From positions 10,788,001 to 10,852,000 of the forward strand of contig OX597834.1 of the NCBI GenBank assembly GCA_951406725.2: a DNA stretch of 64,000 nt, read 5' to 3'. Below the pieces are notes generated by a model. That model saw only the letters and a program-made list of their open reading frames with translations. It had not been told where the DNA came from and ran no database searches. Position 1 is the stretch's first letter. Every line of letters begins with the position of its first letter. Source of the DNA: Octopus vulgaris (lineage: Eukaryota). Below are positions 25,050 through 38,908 of the stretch, in pieces. The translations under genes were made by a program, and so were the position numbers.

Positions 25050-25810
25050 GCTACAATCATAAGAGGCAAAGAGAATGTAAATTTCTTCAATAATATCGTC
25101 ATTGGTTTCAACCACGACATCCAGACGACTTCGGAATCTCCTGCAACTCTTCTGGATGGTCACTTTGTTTAAGTTGGTGAATGCTGCAATAACATTTGCC
25201 TTCGGTTCATCTTGGGTGTTAAAAGGGGTTTTGTTGGACTTACGATCAACAGTCTGGGGAGTTAGGTGGCCAGATGTTATGGGTGGTGTGGTCACAGAAA
25301 TTGTGTGACAGCCATGAGTGGTTTCTCCTGCTTGTGTGGCATAGAGCAGAGTCCTGTTGCCAGACAAAGACTTCTAGCAGCCACCCTCTTGATCCATGGC
25401 ACTACCACATGCAGTCACTTGATGTAGGTCTCCGTGTTGAGTCTGAGATTGCGTTGAAAGATGAATGGAGACATAACATCGCCATCACTGCAAACACCAT
25501 GAAGTTGACTGGATGTTTAGTTTACGCACTCACGGTACATCTTTTGGTGATACGCCAAGCCAAAAGATTGACCCCCCAAAACACCTTGAAATGTTTCTAT
25601 TGGAGCTTATGGTGCGAATGCCTAGTAGTACAGCATGACATTTTGAAATTTTTGACAGAGTAAATTGCGTCATGATGCTGTTCTTTTCACAGACGGTGCC
25701 AAACTGACCCTACTACACTGTGTAGTAGACAAAATCAAAATATTATAATACACATGCACATGCACAAAAAGCAAAATACAAAATGGTGACAATCTCCCAT
25801 CGCACCTGGA
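25050..25810 (-). pseudogene. Tc1/mariner-superfamily transposon fossil (maT/DD37D-like)
   Basis: Minus frames give VWQQDSA..HTSRR..NIWPPNS and NKTPFNTQDE..AAFTNLNK..CRRFRSRLDVVVETNDDIIE. Frameshifted and internally deleted. Confidence 0.8.
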
Positions 25811-25826
25811 ATGTATCTAACTATCA

Positions 25827-25936
<110 letters not shown>

Positions 25937-26079
25937 TTCTCTATCTATCTATCTATCTATCTATATATATATATATATATAGATAGATATATATAATATT
26001 AGGAAGTATATCCAAACTTACAGGGAAAAATTAGATTTAGGATTAAATCAAATTTCACAGTATAAATATAAAGTAAATT

Positions 26080-26168
26080 AGAGATAAAACCACTATTAGG
26101 CAACTCAAACAGTGATAGCCATAAACCAAAATATGCTGTTTGAGTTGCATAGTAGTGGATTTATCTCT
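26080..26168. repeat. ~33-bp inverted repeat
   Basis: AGAGATAAAACCACTATTAGGCAACTCAAACAG and CTGTTTGAGTTGCATAGTAGTGGATTTATCTCT. The left arm resembles GAGACAAAACCACTATT at 1171. Confidence 0.75.
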
Positions 26169-26346
26169 GTGCGTGCGTATGTGTGTGTGTACGAAGCATG
26201 CACTCGTACGCACATATGCACACAAAAGCGCATTGAGTAATAAACATATTTGTAATTGATTTCCCACTAAATCTTCGACGATGAATATTTAGTTATTCCT
26301 TCAACTGACTGACCCGGTCATAAACTTTACGTGCATTTGGCTGTGG

Positions 26347-26402
26347 TATTTACCAACGCATGTTCACCTGGTATAATACCAGATCTTCATTAGTGGTAAA
26401 TA
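26347..26402 (-). ncRNA. Decayed hammerhead-like motif
   Basis: Minus: TATTTACCA-CTAATGA-AG-ATCTGGTA(TTA)TACCAGGT-GAAC-ATGCGT-TGGTAAATA. 9-bp stem I, core mutated. Confidence 0.45.
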
Positions 26403-26692
26403 GCGAGTGAAAAACCAGTAACTTTGAAGTATATATAAAATGTTTGTAACTGTCTTGCGTTTATACCACATACTCTATAAATATAGGATTTGATTTGAAT
26501 GTATAGACACTTACATTTAGATATAATAAAACAAGTGACAAAACGCAGTACCTCGTACCTCTGAAGGTGTCTTCCAAACAATTCGTCGCTGCTCCGTCTA
26601 TATATTCATATACGCGCGCGCGCAAACACATATAGTCACAAACAAAATATACATCTCTCTCTTTCTCTGTCTCAGTATATATATATATATAT

Positions 26693-26864
26693 AGGCGCAG
26701 GAGTGGCTGTGTGGAAAGTAGCTTGCTTCCGAACCACATGGCTCCGGGTTCAGTCCCACTGCGTGGCACCTTGGGCAAGTGGCTTCTACTATAGCCTCTG
26801 GCCGACCAATGCCTTGTGAGTGGATTTGGTAGACGGAAACTGAAAGAAGCCTGTCGTATATATG

Positions 26865-26897
<33 letters not shown>

Positions 26898-27113
26898 TTA
26901 TGTTTGTGTGTCTGTGTTTGTCCCTTCCAACATCGCTTGAGAACCGATGCTGGTGAGTTTATGTCCCCGTCACGTAGCGGTTCGGCAAAAGAGACCGATA
27001 GAATAAGTACTGGGCTTACAAAGAATAAGTCCCGGTGTCGAGTTGCTCGATTAAAGGCGGTGCTCCAGCATGACCGCAGTCAAATGACTGAAACAAGTAA
27101 AAGAGTAAAAGAG
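26693..27113 (+). mobile_element. SINE family B
   Basis: Full-length copy in a TA tract. Confidence 0.92.
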
Positions 27114-27551
27114 TATATATATATATATATATATATGTTTAAAGAAAGCGGCTTACTAATTATGTTGGATTATGTAATTTTTACTAAAATAAAGCAAGTA
27201 TTGACGTCTAGACTGTTTGGAGAAGTTAAAATTTCATTATCTATAATTTATTCTTTTATTGAATATTTCAAGCAAATGTTTCAAACATCGAATTTTTGTT
27301 CAATGCGACACATTTTTTTTCAATGTGAAATAACATTTTGAATGTCAACACTTCTGGACGTATTACACTTGCCCAAATATCTGCAACGCTACTTTCTACA
27401 AATTACAGGATAATCCAGCGTTACCCAATATAAAATAGTTCCAGTTCCCATTAATACTTGTTGGATGTTTTTTGAAAGCATAGAAATTTGAACAACAAAC
27501 ATGATTTTTATTTTACTTGCACCGAATCGACATACTTGCAGAAGAATACCG

Positions 27552-27785
27552 TTTCTTTCTTTTATTCTTTCTTTTACCTGTTGCAGTCATTTGACCGCGG
27601 TCATGCTGGAGCACCGCCTTTAGTCGAGCAAATCGATCCCGGGACTTATTCTTTGTAAGCCCAGTACTTATGCTATCGGTCTCTTTTGCCGAACCGCTAA
27701 TTGACGGGGACTTAAACACACCAGCATCGGTTGTCAAGCTATGCTAGGGGTACAAAAACAGACACACAAACATATACACACACAT

Positions 27786-27827
<42 letters not shown>

Positions 27828-27990
27828 GACAGGCTTCTTTCAGTTTCCGTCTACCAAATCCACTCACAAGGCATTGGTCGGCCCGGGGCTATAGTAGAAG
27901 ACACTTGCCCAAGATGTCACACAGTGGGATTGAACCCAGAACCATGTGGTCGGTAAACAAGCTACTTACCACACAGCCATTCCTGCGCAT
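27552..27990 (-). mobile_element. SINE family B
   Basis: Full-length minus-strand copy. Confidence 0.92.
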
Positions 27991-28785
27991 GTCGTTCTAT
28001 TTTTCCAAAAGAAGACTTCTAAACAGTAATTCTACTCATAAACACTCAAATTAAAAACTATAGAAACCTTACACTAGTTTACATAAAATAAACCAGTAAT
28101 TCCATACGGCTCCATGGCGAGATAACATAATCATCTAAATACAAAATTCCAGCACTAAAATCTCTGTGTAGGAGACATTTACTTTTTTAATGTACAAACG
28201 CAACAATAAATAAATCCGTTTAATGCAACGTTCACCATTTTGTATACGTTAGCCAACATCAGTACGCAAAAGATACAGGTTACTCAGTCTTGTAATATGA
28301 AGGGAAAGCATACCAGGAAAAGACTACAGCTCAATACATAATCAAAAACTAAGAAAACGGAATAATAATATGTATCAAATGAATCCATTAGAATTTAACA
28401 CAAGACGCAACGTAATTTTTTGGAAAATAAGAATAAGAAATTAGTGGAAATTTTACCGGTGAGTGTATTAAATTATAAGGCACAAAAAGAAAATGAATCT
28501 CCCCAGACATAAAAGAATATGCTTCAACACACGAACTCATATAAAGAATCTTGCAAACGAAATCCCAAAACGAAACCATTAGAAAAATATTAAAATAAGG
28601 AAGTAAACAAAAAATAAAAAATACAATACAATAAAATAAAATACCGTTGTTCTTAATAAATTATGGCAGTGTGGTAAATCAGAGACGAAACGATAATGCA
28701 AGGCATGTAATTTTGAGATTTTACAGCTAAAACTAAAGATGCAAAAATTTCAGAATCCTGACTGTTTCATAGGCTTGACATATAA

Positions 28786-28847
<62 letters not shown>

Positions 28848-29357
28848 CTATCTATCTCTCTCTCTCTCTCTCTCAGGACTACTATAGATTTAAAAGCTGA
28901 ACATTTGCAGCAAACATATAACACAATGCCAGGTAGACAAATGTAGATAGATGAAGTGCTTCGTAGCACACATATTTTAAATCACTTGTTACGGTTATCA
29001 GTGCAGATATTCTATAGAAATTAAGGAACGAGATCTGTAGAGATCGATTTAACAATTGACACAGTAGAACATGACACCAACTTATAAAAACGATTAATAT
29101 ATTTTATAGTATATTATTGTTGCATAAAGAAATACCGTGTCACTAGAAGTCATTAGCATCGGTTAAAAAGAAGTGTTTTCCGAGTACAGAATGCAACATC
29201 CGTTAACATGACCACGTTCGAATACGTCGGCACCTATAAAGAATTATAATAAGTTATCGTTTCGGTTTTCGCTGTCCTTTGTGTCCGAACGACACAAGAT
29301 ATTCCTGGTGTAAAAGACAGCAGCACAAGTCAACAAATAATTTACTTATTACATACG

Positions 29358-29429
<72 letters not shown>

Positions 29430-29547
29430 TCTACTACTCGCTATAGGGACTGGTAATCACTATAACCTGTAGTGGATGTACTCATGATTTTTGCTACGGC
29501 TTTTTCCATGGGCGCATGTAGGTATCTTATTTATATTCTTTCGTATG

Positions 29548-29607
29548 TTCTACTAAAGAGGAAAGAATCTTTTATGAGATTAATTCCGAAATTGATTCAA
29601 TATAGAA
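29548..29607 (+). ncRNA. Type I hammerhead ribozyme with G5A lesion
   Basis: TTCTA-CTAAAGA-GGAA.AG.AATCT(TTTATG)AGATT.AA.TTCC-GAAA-TTG(ATT)CAA-TA-TAGAA. All three stems are intact. Lies in insert 29427-29771 between (TA)n tracts. Confidence 0.78.
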
Positions 29608-29766
29608 ATAACGAACTTTAAAAAAAAATTCTATCGGCCGGTTTGCCCGATTTCAGTTCTTCGTGTTTTTTTCTGTAGCGAGTAATTAATATGTGGAAAT
29701 TGACGATATAATAGTCTGTTATCAGCATATTGGCATTGAAATAATGTTCTTTAGCCCTTACTTATC

Positions 29767-29839
<73 letters not shown>

Positions 29840-29842
<3 letters not shown>

Positions 29843-29918
29843 TTTATTTAAAAGCAGCAGAAATTCAACGAAAACTGTTCCTCGGAATCCACGTTCCCAT
29901 TCGACGGACAGTTTTGTT

Positions 29919-29922
<4 letters not shown>
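29840..29922 (-). mobile_element. ~80-bp hairpin insert in (TA)n, decayed HHR-like
   Basis: Minus: AACAAAACTGT-CCGTCGA-ATG(GGAA)CGT-GGATTCCGAGGA-ACAGTTTTCGTT. Long stem I, core degraded. Confidence 0.45.
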
Positions 29923-29968
<46 letters not shown>

Positions 29969-30174
29969 TAGATAGATAGATAGATACAAGATAAGAAAAT
30001 GGAGAAATACATCTAAATCAAATATCAATTACCAGATAATACTCAATCACATACTTTATTAAACCACCACCTAAGAGACTATAGGGTTACACATAAAAAG
30101 CAGGACAAATCAGTGTACATAAAGGAACGTACATAAAAAAGCGAACATAAAAGAGTAATGTTGTATAATAAGTA

Positions 30175-30211
<37 letters not shown>

Positions 30212-30543
30212 TCATTTCAACGTAACTGCGAATATAATTGGCTGTACCGTTCGTCTTTGTTCGACTTCGTGTGGATTTTGCCGTTTGGTTCAGCAAATTA
30301 TATTTCTGATATACTCTACCGACGATTCGAAAATACTTATGTAAGTAAAACTACATAATCTATTAAGGATGAAACAATTGTATAGAGTTAATCTATTTTT
30401 TCGTTATTTTTCATTTGTCCTGCTCGCTTACATTCTTGGCGTATTGAATTAATTCTTGAGAACAATTCTTTAGTGTCGGATTCCCTTTGCGGATCTATAT
30501 CTAGCGTTAGAGTGACCACATGGTGGACTCTCTCTTGTTATTA

Positions 30544-30598
<55 letters not shown>

Positions 30599-30939
30599 TA
30601 TATGTATTGTGTGTATGTACGTATATTAAAAACAAAACCGACATACTTAGATCTGTTGACCCGGGTGTAGAATTCGACCGAAAACACAAACACGGATCAA
30701 AAACATTGTGATTTCAAAGGTGCTTTCTGGAGAGAAATCCAATGTGTTGTTCAAAAATATCGTGAAAAAGGTGATACCTGATAATGTAATTTGACAGCCA
30801 TTACCAAACATATTCACGCTCAGCTCTGAGAGAACGTATTAAGAATGAATATGTATATCATTTTCATTTTGAATATTCCCGGTGCACGTGAGTGAAAATT
30901 AATTACATTTGCTCACACACATATATGCTTACTTACATA

Positions 30940-31015
30940 AATATATATGTATATATAGATAGATATATATATATATATATATATACATATATGCACATAT
31001 ACTTACTATACGTAA

Positions 31016-31092
<77 letters not shown>

Positions 31093-31094
31093 AT

Positions 31095-31132
<38 letters not shown>

Positions 31133-31190
31133 ATATTTAATATATATATATATGTAAATATATTATATATGTATATATATATATATATAT

Positions 31191-31277
<87 letters not shown>

Positions 31278-31372
31278 AAAAGTATATATATATTTACTTG
31301 AATATGGTATATATATATATGTTTAACAATACAGTAATGTGGGTGATTATATATGGATAGGTTTTATATATA

Positions 31373-31414
<42 letters not shown>

Positions 31415-31458
31415 GGATACGTTTATATGCTGTAATTTTGCATATATATAAATATTGT

Positions 31459-31530
<72 letters not shown>
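30940..31530. repeat. Very long interrupted (TA)n tract
   Basis: About 600 bp of nearly pure TA dinucleotide. Confidence 0.95.
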
Positions 31531-31531
<1 letters not shown>

Positions 31532-32719
31532 GAGTCTCTGTGTGTGTTAGTGCACGTTTAGTTGCAGATATAATAACATACGTTTTCGGGCTGTTTCACA
31601 AAAATGGCATTTAATGTTCTGTATGAATTCGATTGAAATATTATCTTCGCAATAACAAACAGCACCTAAATTCAGATTTAAATATGTCGTTAATCATCTG
31701 CCAATTTATCTAATTTTGTCTGTCTACGCTTTTCGTGTGTGCTTTACCGAATTAATATGCTAAACTAAATATAGAATCAATTGCCTGGATAATTTAACGA
31801 TATCTTCAATGTTTATTAGAATGTAACTATATATTATTGGCCAAACATTTAGAAGTTTAGAATGGAGAGAAAAATAAATATGGCGGTTTGACGCGGGGGT
31901 GGGTCTTGCAGAGAATTGTTGAAAAGAGAGCTCGGGAAAGTTAAAGAAAATAGCAAGCGAGAGAAAAAGGGGAGAGAGAGAGATAGAGAGAGATAGTGAA
32001 AGAGAAAGAAAGAGGTGGGAGAGGTGGGTAGATATAAAAATAATATGTTACAGAGAGATAGAGAAAATTAATTAATTTCTTTCTTGTTTATCAAAGCGAT
32101 CTTAAATATACATATAACCAAGAAAATGATCAGAATCTCTTGAGAATCGAAGCTTGTGAACAAATTAAGACTGAATTTATTTTATTATTTTTATTATTTT
32201 TTATAAGTAATATTTAGTAACAGATATTAGCTTCTAAATACGCAAACCCACATACCCTGCTCGCAATCATAAATATGCTCATATGTACTCACACGTATAA
32301 AAGTGTGTGCATATGCTTGCATCTGTGTATGTGTTTGTGTGTGTGAGTGTCTGTGCGTATTTTATCTGCGTTTGTGTGCGTGTTTTTGTATATTGTGTGT
32401 GCGCGTACGTGCGTGCGAGCGTGTGTGTGTTTGTGCATTTGTGTGTGGACATGTATTTCTGTGCATGTGTGTTTGTGTGTGGCATGGATTAGGATTAGGT
32501 TTAGGGTTAGGGTTATGGAATGTCAATTATTGTTGTGCTAGATCTAGAGTTAATTGATTGAGAGACATATCCTACAAATCGAGTCCTTGAGGACCGGATC
32601 CCTGCATGAGGAAACCCGAATCATATCGAGCTCCGTCGGAGAGGCCATCGGTACAATTCTCAAGCCAGGTGTGAAATCAAGCCTAAGAAATCGTTTGGCA
32701 TTCATAGAAATGATTACAG

Positions 32720-33310
32720 AAATAAGTACATACCAGCAGGCTTGCCTCGCGATGGGGATGCCTGTATCCAGTTAAGAAATTTTAAGTCTATTTTGCTAGC
32801 AAATACCACGTTTATCGAAAATAGAATGCGGTATTGAGTAAGTAGGACAACCATCCCCACAAAATGTCTGTTTGTAAGTAGTTGCAGAATGAACGGGTTG
32901 TATTCAACGTGTTACCATCCCCTACTCAACCATCGTAACTTTTCTCCTATTACGGTTTGGTTCCGAGAAGTATTTGAGGTAGATATAATAAAGGAGATTC
33001 AAATTCCACCACTCGGGTAGTTAAACTACTGCCAGTACGTTCTATGTTACGCGTAAGCCCTGCTTTAACTTCTAATGCACCGGCACTCATTCAAGTCGTG
33101 ACACTTGCAGAGACATTGCAGGAGAATGAGTGTCGGCGGCTACCACTCGTGATGCAGGACTTACTACATTGGTACAAAATGATGACAGTTTTTTTTTAAG
33201 AACATAACAGTACAAATGAATTGAATCACAGGCAGAGGAATCCCCATCTAAGTTTCAGTCTTATCATCTTGTTGATAGGAATTTCGAAGCATTTGGTTTG
33301 ACGCAAACGA
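32720..33310 (+). pseudogene. Possible Helitron Rep/Helicase remnant
   Basis: STYQQACLAMGM (cf. T[FY].EAC..LGL), QLRNFKSILLA (cf. QLR.LF..IL) and RNFEAFGLTQ (cf. FGLP) occur in the expected order. Heavily decayed. Confidence 0.4.
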
Positions 33311-33493
33311 AGTTACCTCATTCTAAATATATGGTGGTAGAACTTCTTCATTGTTAATATCGAGCTCATGGAAGCCAGGTTAATCATTTCTCTTTTGAAG
33401 GAAGTATAGAGTATTGGTTGAAAGCTAAAAGCTATATATTGAAGGTGTATTTGGTTGATGGGTTTTAGATATCTGTGAATATACTATATACTA

Positions 33494-33881
33494 CTAGCAG
33501 TATCGCCCGGCGTTGCTCGGGTTTGTAAGGGAAATAATTATATAACCATTTTTAGAGATGTAAAGTATAATAGCCATCTCAATATGGCTAACCACAAAGG
33601 TGGGGGGTGTTACTGTAGCTTTTTACGTTCTGAGATTTAATAATAAATTTTTAGAGATTTACTTCCCAAAAATGCATTAAAAATGGGAAAAATTGATGGT
33701 AAATATTTTTTTTAATCGTAGACTCATCGTAGACGCGCGCTAATACCCAGAATGGCTCGATATGAATCACGACTATAAGATACCCGGTTTTGGTTAAACT
33801 GCACCGCAAAAATGTGGGAGTAGTTAGGAATCTAAATCGTAGGAGACAGACAGCACACAACCTTACTTTTATATATAAAGA
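33494..33881 (-). mobile_element. Non-autonomous Helitron
   Basis: Minus: A|TCTTTATATATAAAAG ... CCCGAGCAACGCCGGG hairpin ... CTAG|T. Confidence 0.9.
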
Positions 33882-36189
33882 TATGTTATAATTTGAAAAA
33901 CAGATAAATATATAGATAGATAAAAATTGAAATTAAGCTAAAGATAAAATAAAACCATTAAAAAATAAATAAATAATAAATGAAATAATATAAAATAAAA
34001 TATACTAAAAAGAAAACCAATGGATTATTCTTATTGGTTTAGTGAGAGAGACATAAATGACCATGGTGATGGATGAAAATTTGAAAAATAACCGTTATGA
34101 TGTGTATTTCGTAAATTTTACTTATCGACCGTTAATGATTAGGGTATGTAAATGCATAATTAAATGCAAATTTGAGATTAAAGCAATAGGATATAGGTCC
34201 AATAAGCATCGAATACGTAGTGATTTATTGAGCATGCACATAAATATGCATACGCACACATATAATATATACGTTTATACATGCATATACATAAATATAT
34301 ACATATATGCACCTAAACAAAAATAAAGTAAAATAAAGCAAAATAGAATAAATGAATAAGATGAAAAAATGAATAAAAATGAAGAATAACAATAGAAACT
34401 AAATTAAAATGCAATAATAACGAGAGTGAAAAAAACAAAGAGAAATATACGATAATATACTTAATATAATTATATTTGATAACTTTTGCCGATAGGTTAC
34501 TGAGATATGTTAGAGCTATTTTGTATGAGTACCGTTTTGAATTTATAAATACGTATATAACTAAAGCAGCTAACACATATACGCTAGGTGTCTATAGTAA
34601 AGAAAAATAGTAAAAGAATAGTGGATAAGGTTTATGGATATACATTCAGGTTGAAATAGGTGTCTAAACTACAGATAGAATATTATGTTTTGTAAGTTAA
34701 TGGTAGATATTTAACAACAAAATGCGGGTGTTATTAATAATACTTATGAAATTGGAAGTAGGAGAAAAACATGTCGAGGTTCTTATTTAAAGATTATTTA
34801 TTAAAAGGAATAATATTTAATAATTTGATATGTGTAACGGGTATGATATTTAGATTCGAAATAAACAAAATTAAGAAGGAAAAATAATGTGAAGAAGACG
34901 GTGATTTGCTTTCGTTATATTTATGAGTTATGGTCGGTGTGCACTGGGTTGAATATATGAATACAAAATTTCTTAGGTAGAAATTCCGGGTAACTATTTA
35001 ATATGTTCAGCCTTGATAAATGCGTATTACTCTGCCTTTGATATTCGAATGCTATTTCCCCCACTTTGTTTTGCACTTAGATGCTCACCTATGTGCGCGT
35101 GTATGCTTGTCTGCTTGTCTGTTCATTTGTTTGTTTGTGTATGTGTATGTGTTTGTGTGTGTCTGTGCGTATGTGTGGACTCAATATTAACTCCGTAACT
35201 CGGGTGCATGCATATCCCCCTTTCCAATTATAATGGTTCGAGAGTCTAAAAGACATTGTTACATAAGATGGTCGCGGGTTTGGTAGATTTCAAAACGAAC
35301 ATATAAATTCATTTAGCAACATAAGGTAATAAAGCTCTGAAAAATGTTAATTATTTTGGTTATAACTATAGCATAATTTACGAATATATTCTATTCCTAC
35401 AGGAAATCAAATGAAATTCTATATTATACAAATAAAGATTCATAAAATTCTCTTAAGGATTCACTCATTAGTGAATCCATATTAAAGTTAAAACTTTATT
35501 CATGCATTTATAGCTTGAATATTATACAATGCCTACCCTGATTACCAGTGTGTAATAGAAGAATAAGAAATGTGTTGTAAAATCCAGTATATATAATAAA
35601 TGACCGCATTGACATTGTTCGAGTTTACTTTAACTAAATCTCTTCGTGATTTCTGATAACTCGTAGACGTCATAATCTTCTTAATAGAAATACGATTAAG
35701 ATAAGTTACTCATGTTGTAAAACTCTGCAAAATCCATTTATCATTTTAATTCCAGTACAAGAAATGAGAGCCCATTTCTCTACACTTAATTACATTATTC
35801 TAACAACGGCATCGTTAACGGTCTATTTCGAAACAAATTAATGTGTCTTTCTGAATAAAGTCCAAGCCGATTGCAACAGTCTTCCGAAAAGCTACACTTA
35901 CCTGATAGATAATTGTATTAAAAATCGCTTTATCAACGTATACATTGAAGAAATATTACAACAGCATCGGTAGAAATCTTTTCCATATTTGCATTGCCAA
36001 AAAAAAAACGCTCCATATATAGGTGCTACTTAACGCTTAAGTCCAAACCCCAATCATTGCTTAATAAGACAAGGTAGATAAAATAAGAAAATGAGGATGT
36101 TTGAATGGAAACTTAGAAATGTAGGTTACTACCGAGAATACTGAAACTTATTGCTTTCAAAATATGTGATTGTAAGATATTTATCTTAC

Positions 36190-36240
36190 CCAAGCAATCG
36201 TTTTTTGCAGATACTGCTTGATTCATAGAGAAAACGAAAT
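36190..36240 (-). CDS. Candidate 51-nt exon, product unknown
   Basis: Acceptor ACTTTTCTAG and donor G|GTAAGA. Two of three frames are open. No homology recognised. Confidence 0.2.
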
Positions 36241-36456
36241 CTAGAAAAGTTTTAATGCAATAATTTTGTGGGTTCTTATATATTCATATATATCGTATAA
36301 ATGAACTCAAATATGCACAGTCTACAGATATATCTATGTATGTATATGTATATAAGTATAACTATATTATACATGACTATACATACGTATTTTTATTTTA
36401 TCAACGGCTATATATAATGTTCGGAAATATATTGCACAGCCTACAAACAAGTCTAT

Positions 36457-36820
36457 AAATCTATATGTATATCTATATGTATATCTATACGATATATGTA
36501 AATCTATATGTATATCTATACGATATATGTAAATCTATATGTATATCTATACGATATATGTCTATACATATATTTCTTTATTTTATCAAATGCTCAATTA
36601 AATATACGGAAATATACAACCTTTACTACCTTCTTTGTCTAAGATTTATGAGACGTCTTTGCAAGGATACACTGAATTAATTGTCACTCAAATACATATA
36701 TTTCTTTTTTTTTATCAAATGCTCAATTAAATATAGGGAAATATACAACCTTTACTACCTTCTTTGTCTAAGATTTATGAGACGTCTTTGCAAGGATACA
36801 CTGAATTAATTGCCACTCAA
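36457..36820 (+). repeat. Local tandem duplications (~31-bp units 36457-36560; 2 x ~128 bp 36564-36820)
   Basis: TTTTATCAAATGCTCAATTAAATATA...GCAAGGATACACTGAATTAATTG.CACTCAA is repeated head-to-tail. Confidence 0.9.
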
Positions 36821-37261
36821 TTGTGTCATTTCATTCAAATGCTGAAAAATTCCAAAGCTTTCTGCCGATTATGGCTCACTCAGCTCATAACAATTTAGCC
36901 ACTTTTAATATTCCTCATAGAAGGCCAAACTAGGACACACAGTTTATTAAACTACCTATTGCTTTCACATAAATTTACCTTATTATCTATTGGTAATTAG
37001 TCGTGACGGTAAATGTACAGTTTCCTCATTTTATTATCGAGGAAGAAATATATATTTTTCAATTAAGTATTAACGGTTATATACTTTGTAATTCAAATGG
37101 ACAATAGTAATTTCCTAGACTTCGTATAAATTCTACAATGTGTTTCTATCTACATTGAAGCATATGTATGTTATAAAACCAAACTTAATTACGCTAAAGT
37201 CAGATAGAAAATATTTAATCCGTTAGTAATATATATATATATATACATATATACATTCATG

Positions 37262-37319
<58 letters not shown>

Positions 37320-37845
37320 CATATATATACATATATATACATATGTATATATGCATACACGCACAAATACACACACGAATATATATATATATATATATAC
37401 ATAGATGCACACATTCATACATTCATAGACAATTTGTCTGTATGCTTAAAGTTGATCTCGTAGAGTGTGTGTAAGAGACGTTCGCTTAATATATCGTTTA
37501 GATTGTATTGAAATTCGTTCTACCTGATCTATGCTGATGCTATTTACTAGCGATTGCCAAGCTACAAGCATTATTCGCTCTTGAATGTCTGTTATGCTCG
37601 GCGAAACAAAACCTCCGTTCTGTTTAGTTAATAGTTTCAATATGTTAAAACGACAAAAGCAACATTTCATTGGATTCCTTATTGTAAATCTGGCTATACA
37701 CTGCAAGTTTAGTTGCAATTGATTAAAGATTGTTATTGGATGACCTACGATATCTGCTGCAGCGGCTGCAAGAAAATTCTAGAATTCGAAGACTTTGTTA
37801 TTGGCTGCACCTGCTTCCATTCTTTACATGTTTGAGAAATTCAAT

Positions 37846-38493
37846 GTGATTTTCATAGTAAGAATGATAAATTTTAGTGCTGCGAAAAATGTCTGACACT
37901 GATTTATTTTAGATACTTTTTTTATCTGTATTTTCCTCTATATTGGGACAACTGACGACGGGAGAACGTGGAGGGACCCGACTGAGAACGTGGAAGTCTC
38001 TACAAGGCGAAGTAACAGTGTGTAGGCGATTTGGAGAAAAGGTGCAAATGGTAATCTCCTACAATGATGGAGTGACACGCTGGAAAAATGTTTCTATTCG
38101 GCAACAGAAATTTTCGGCGAGAACTCAGTATTACTCTAAAGAGGTGATTTCATTTAAGCCGGTCCCTCATACGTGATTTTCATAGTAAGAATGATGCATT
38201 TTAGTGCAGCAAAAAATGTTTGACACTGATTTGTTTTAAAGTTTTTTTCTTCTATATTTTCTTCTATATTGGGACAACTGACAATGGGAGAACGTGAAGG
38301 GACTCGACTGATAATGTGGGAGTCTGTACAAGGTGGAGTAACAGTTTGTAGGCGATATGGAGAAAAGACGCAACTGGTAACCTCCTACAGTGATTGAGTG
38401 ACACGCTGGAAAAATGTTTCTTTGCTCAAACAGAAATTTTCGTATAGATATCAATATTACTCTAAAAAGGTGATTTCATTTAAGCCGGTCCCT
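37846..38493 (+). repeat. Diverged tandem duplication, 2 x ~325 bp
   Basis: GTGATTTTCATAGTAAGAATGAT...GGTGATTTCATTTAAGCCGGTCCCTC occurs twice (37846, 38172). Confidence 0.9.
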
Positions 38494-38498
38494 CGTAT

Positions 38499-38908
38499 AC
38501 TCTTTACCCTTTTACTTTTTTCAGTCATCTGACTGCGGCCATGCTGGAGCACCGCCTTTAGTCGAGCAAATCGACCCCGGGACTTATTCTTTTGTAAGCC
38601 CAGTACTTATTCTATCGGTCTCTTTTGCCGAACCGTTAAGTGATGGGGACGTAAACACACCAGCATCGGTTGTCAAGCAATGCTAGGGGGACAAACACAG
38701 ACACACAAACACACACACACATACACATATATATATATATACATACATATATACGACAGGCTTCTTTCAGTTTCCGTCTACCAAATCCACTCACAAGGCA
38801 TTGGTCGGCCCGGGGCTATAGCAGAAGACACTTGCCCAAGATGCCACGCAGTGTGACTGAACCCGGAACCATGTGGTTGGTTAGGAAGCTACTTACCACA
38901 CAGTCACT
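38499..38908 (-). mobile_element. SINE family B
   Basis: Near full-length minus-strand copy. Confidence 0.92.

Noticed and set aside
28750-28885. Possible hammerhead split by a (CT)n tract (GAAACAGTC-AGGATT on minus)
   Set aside because: The core and stem II cannot be reconstructed from this copy.
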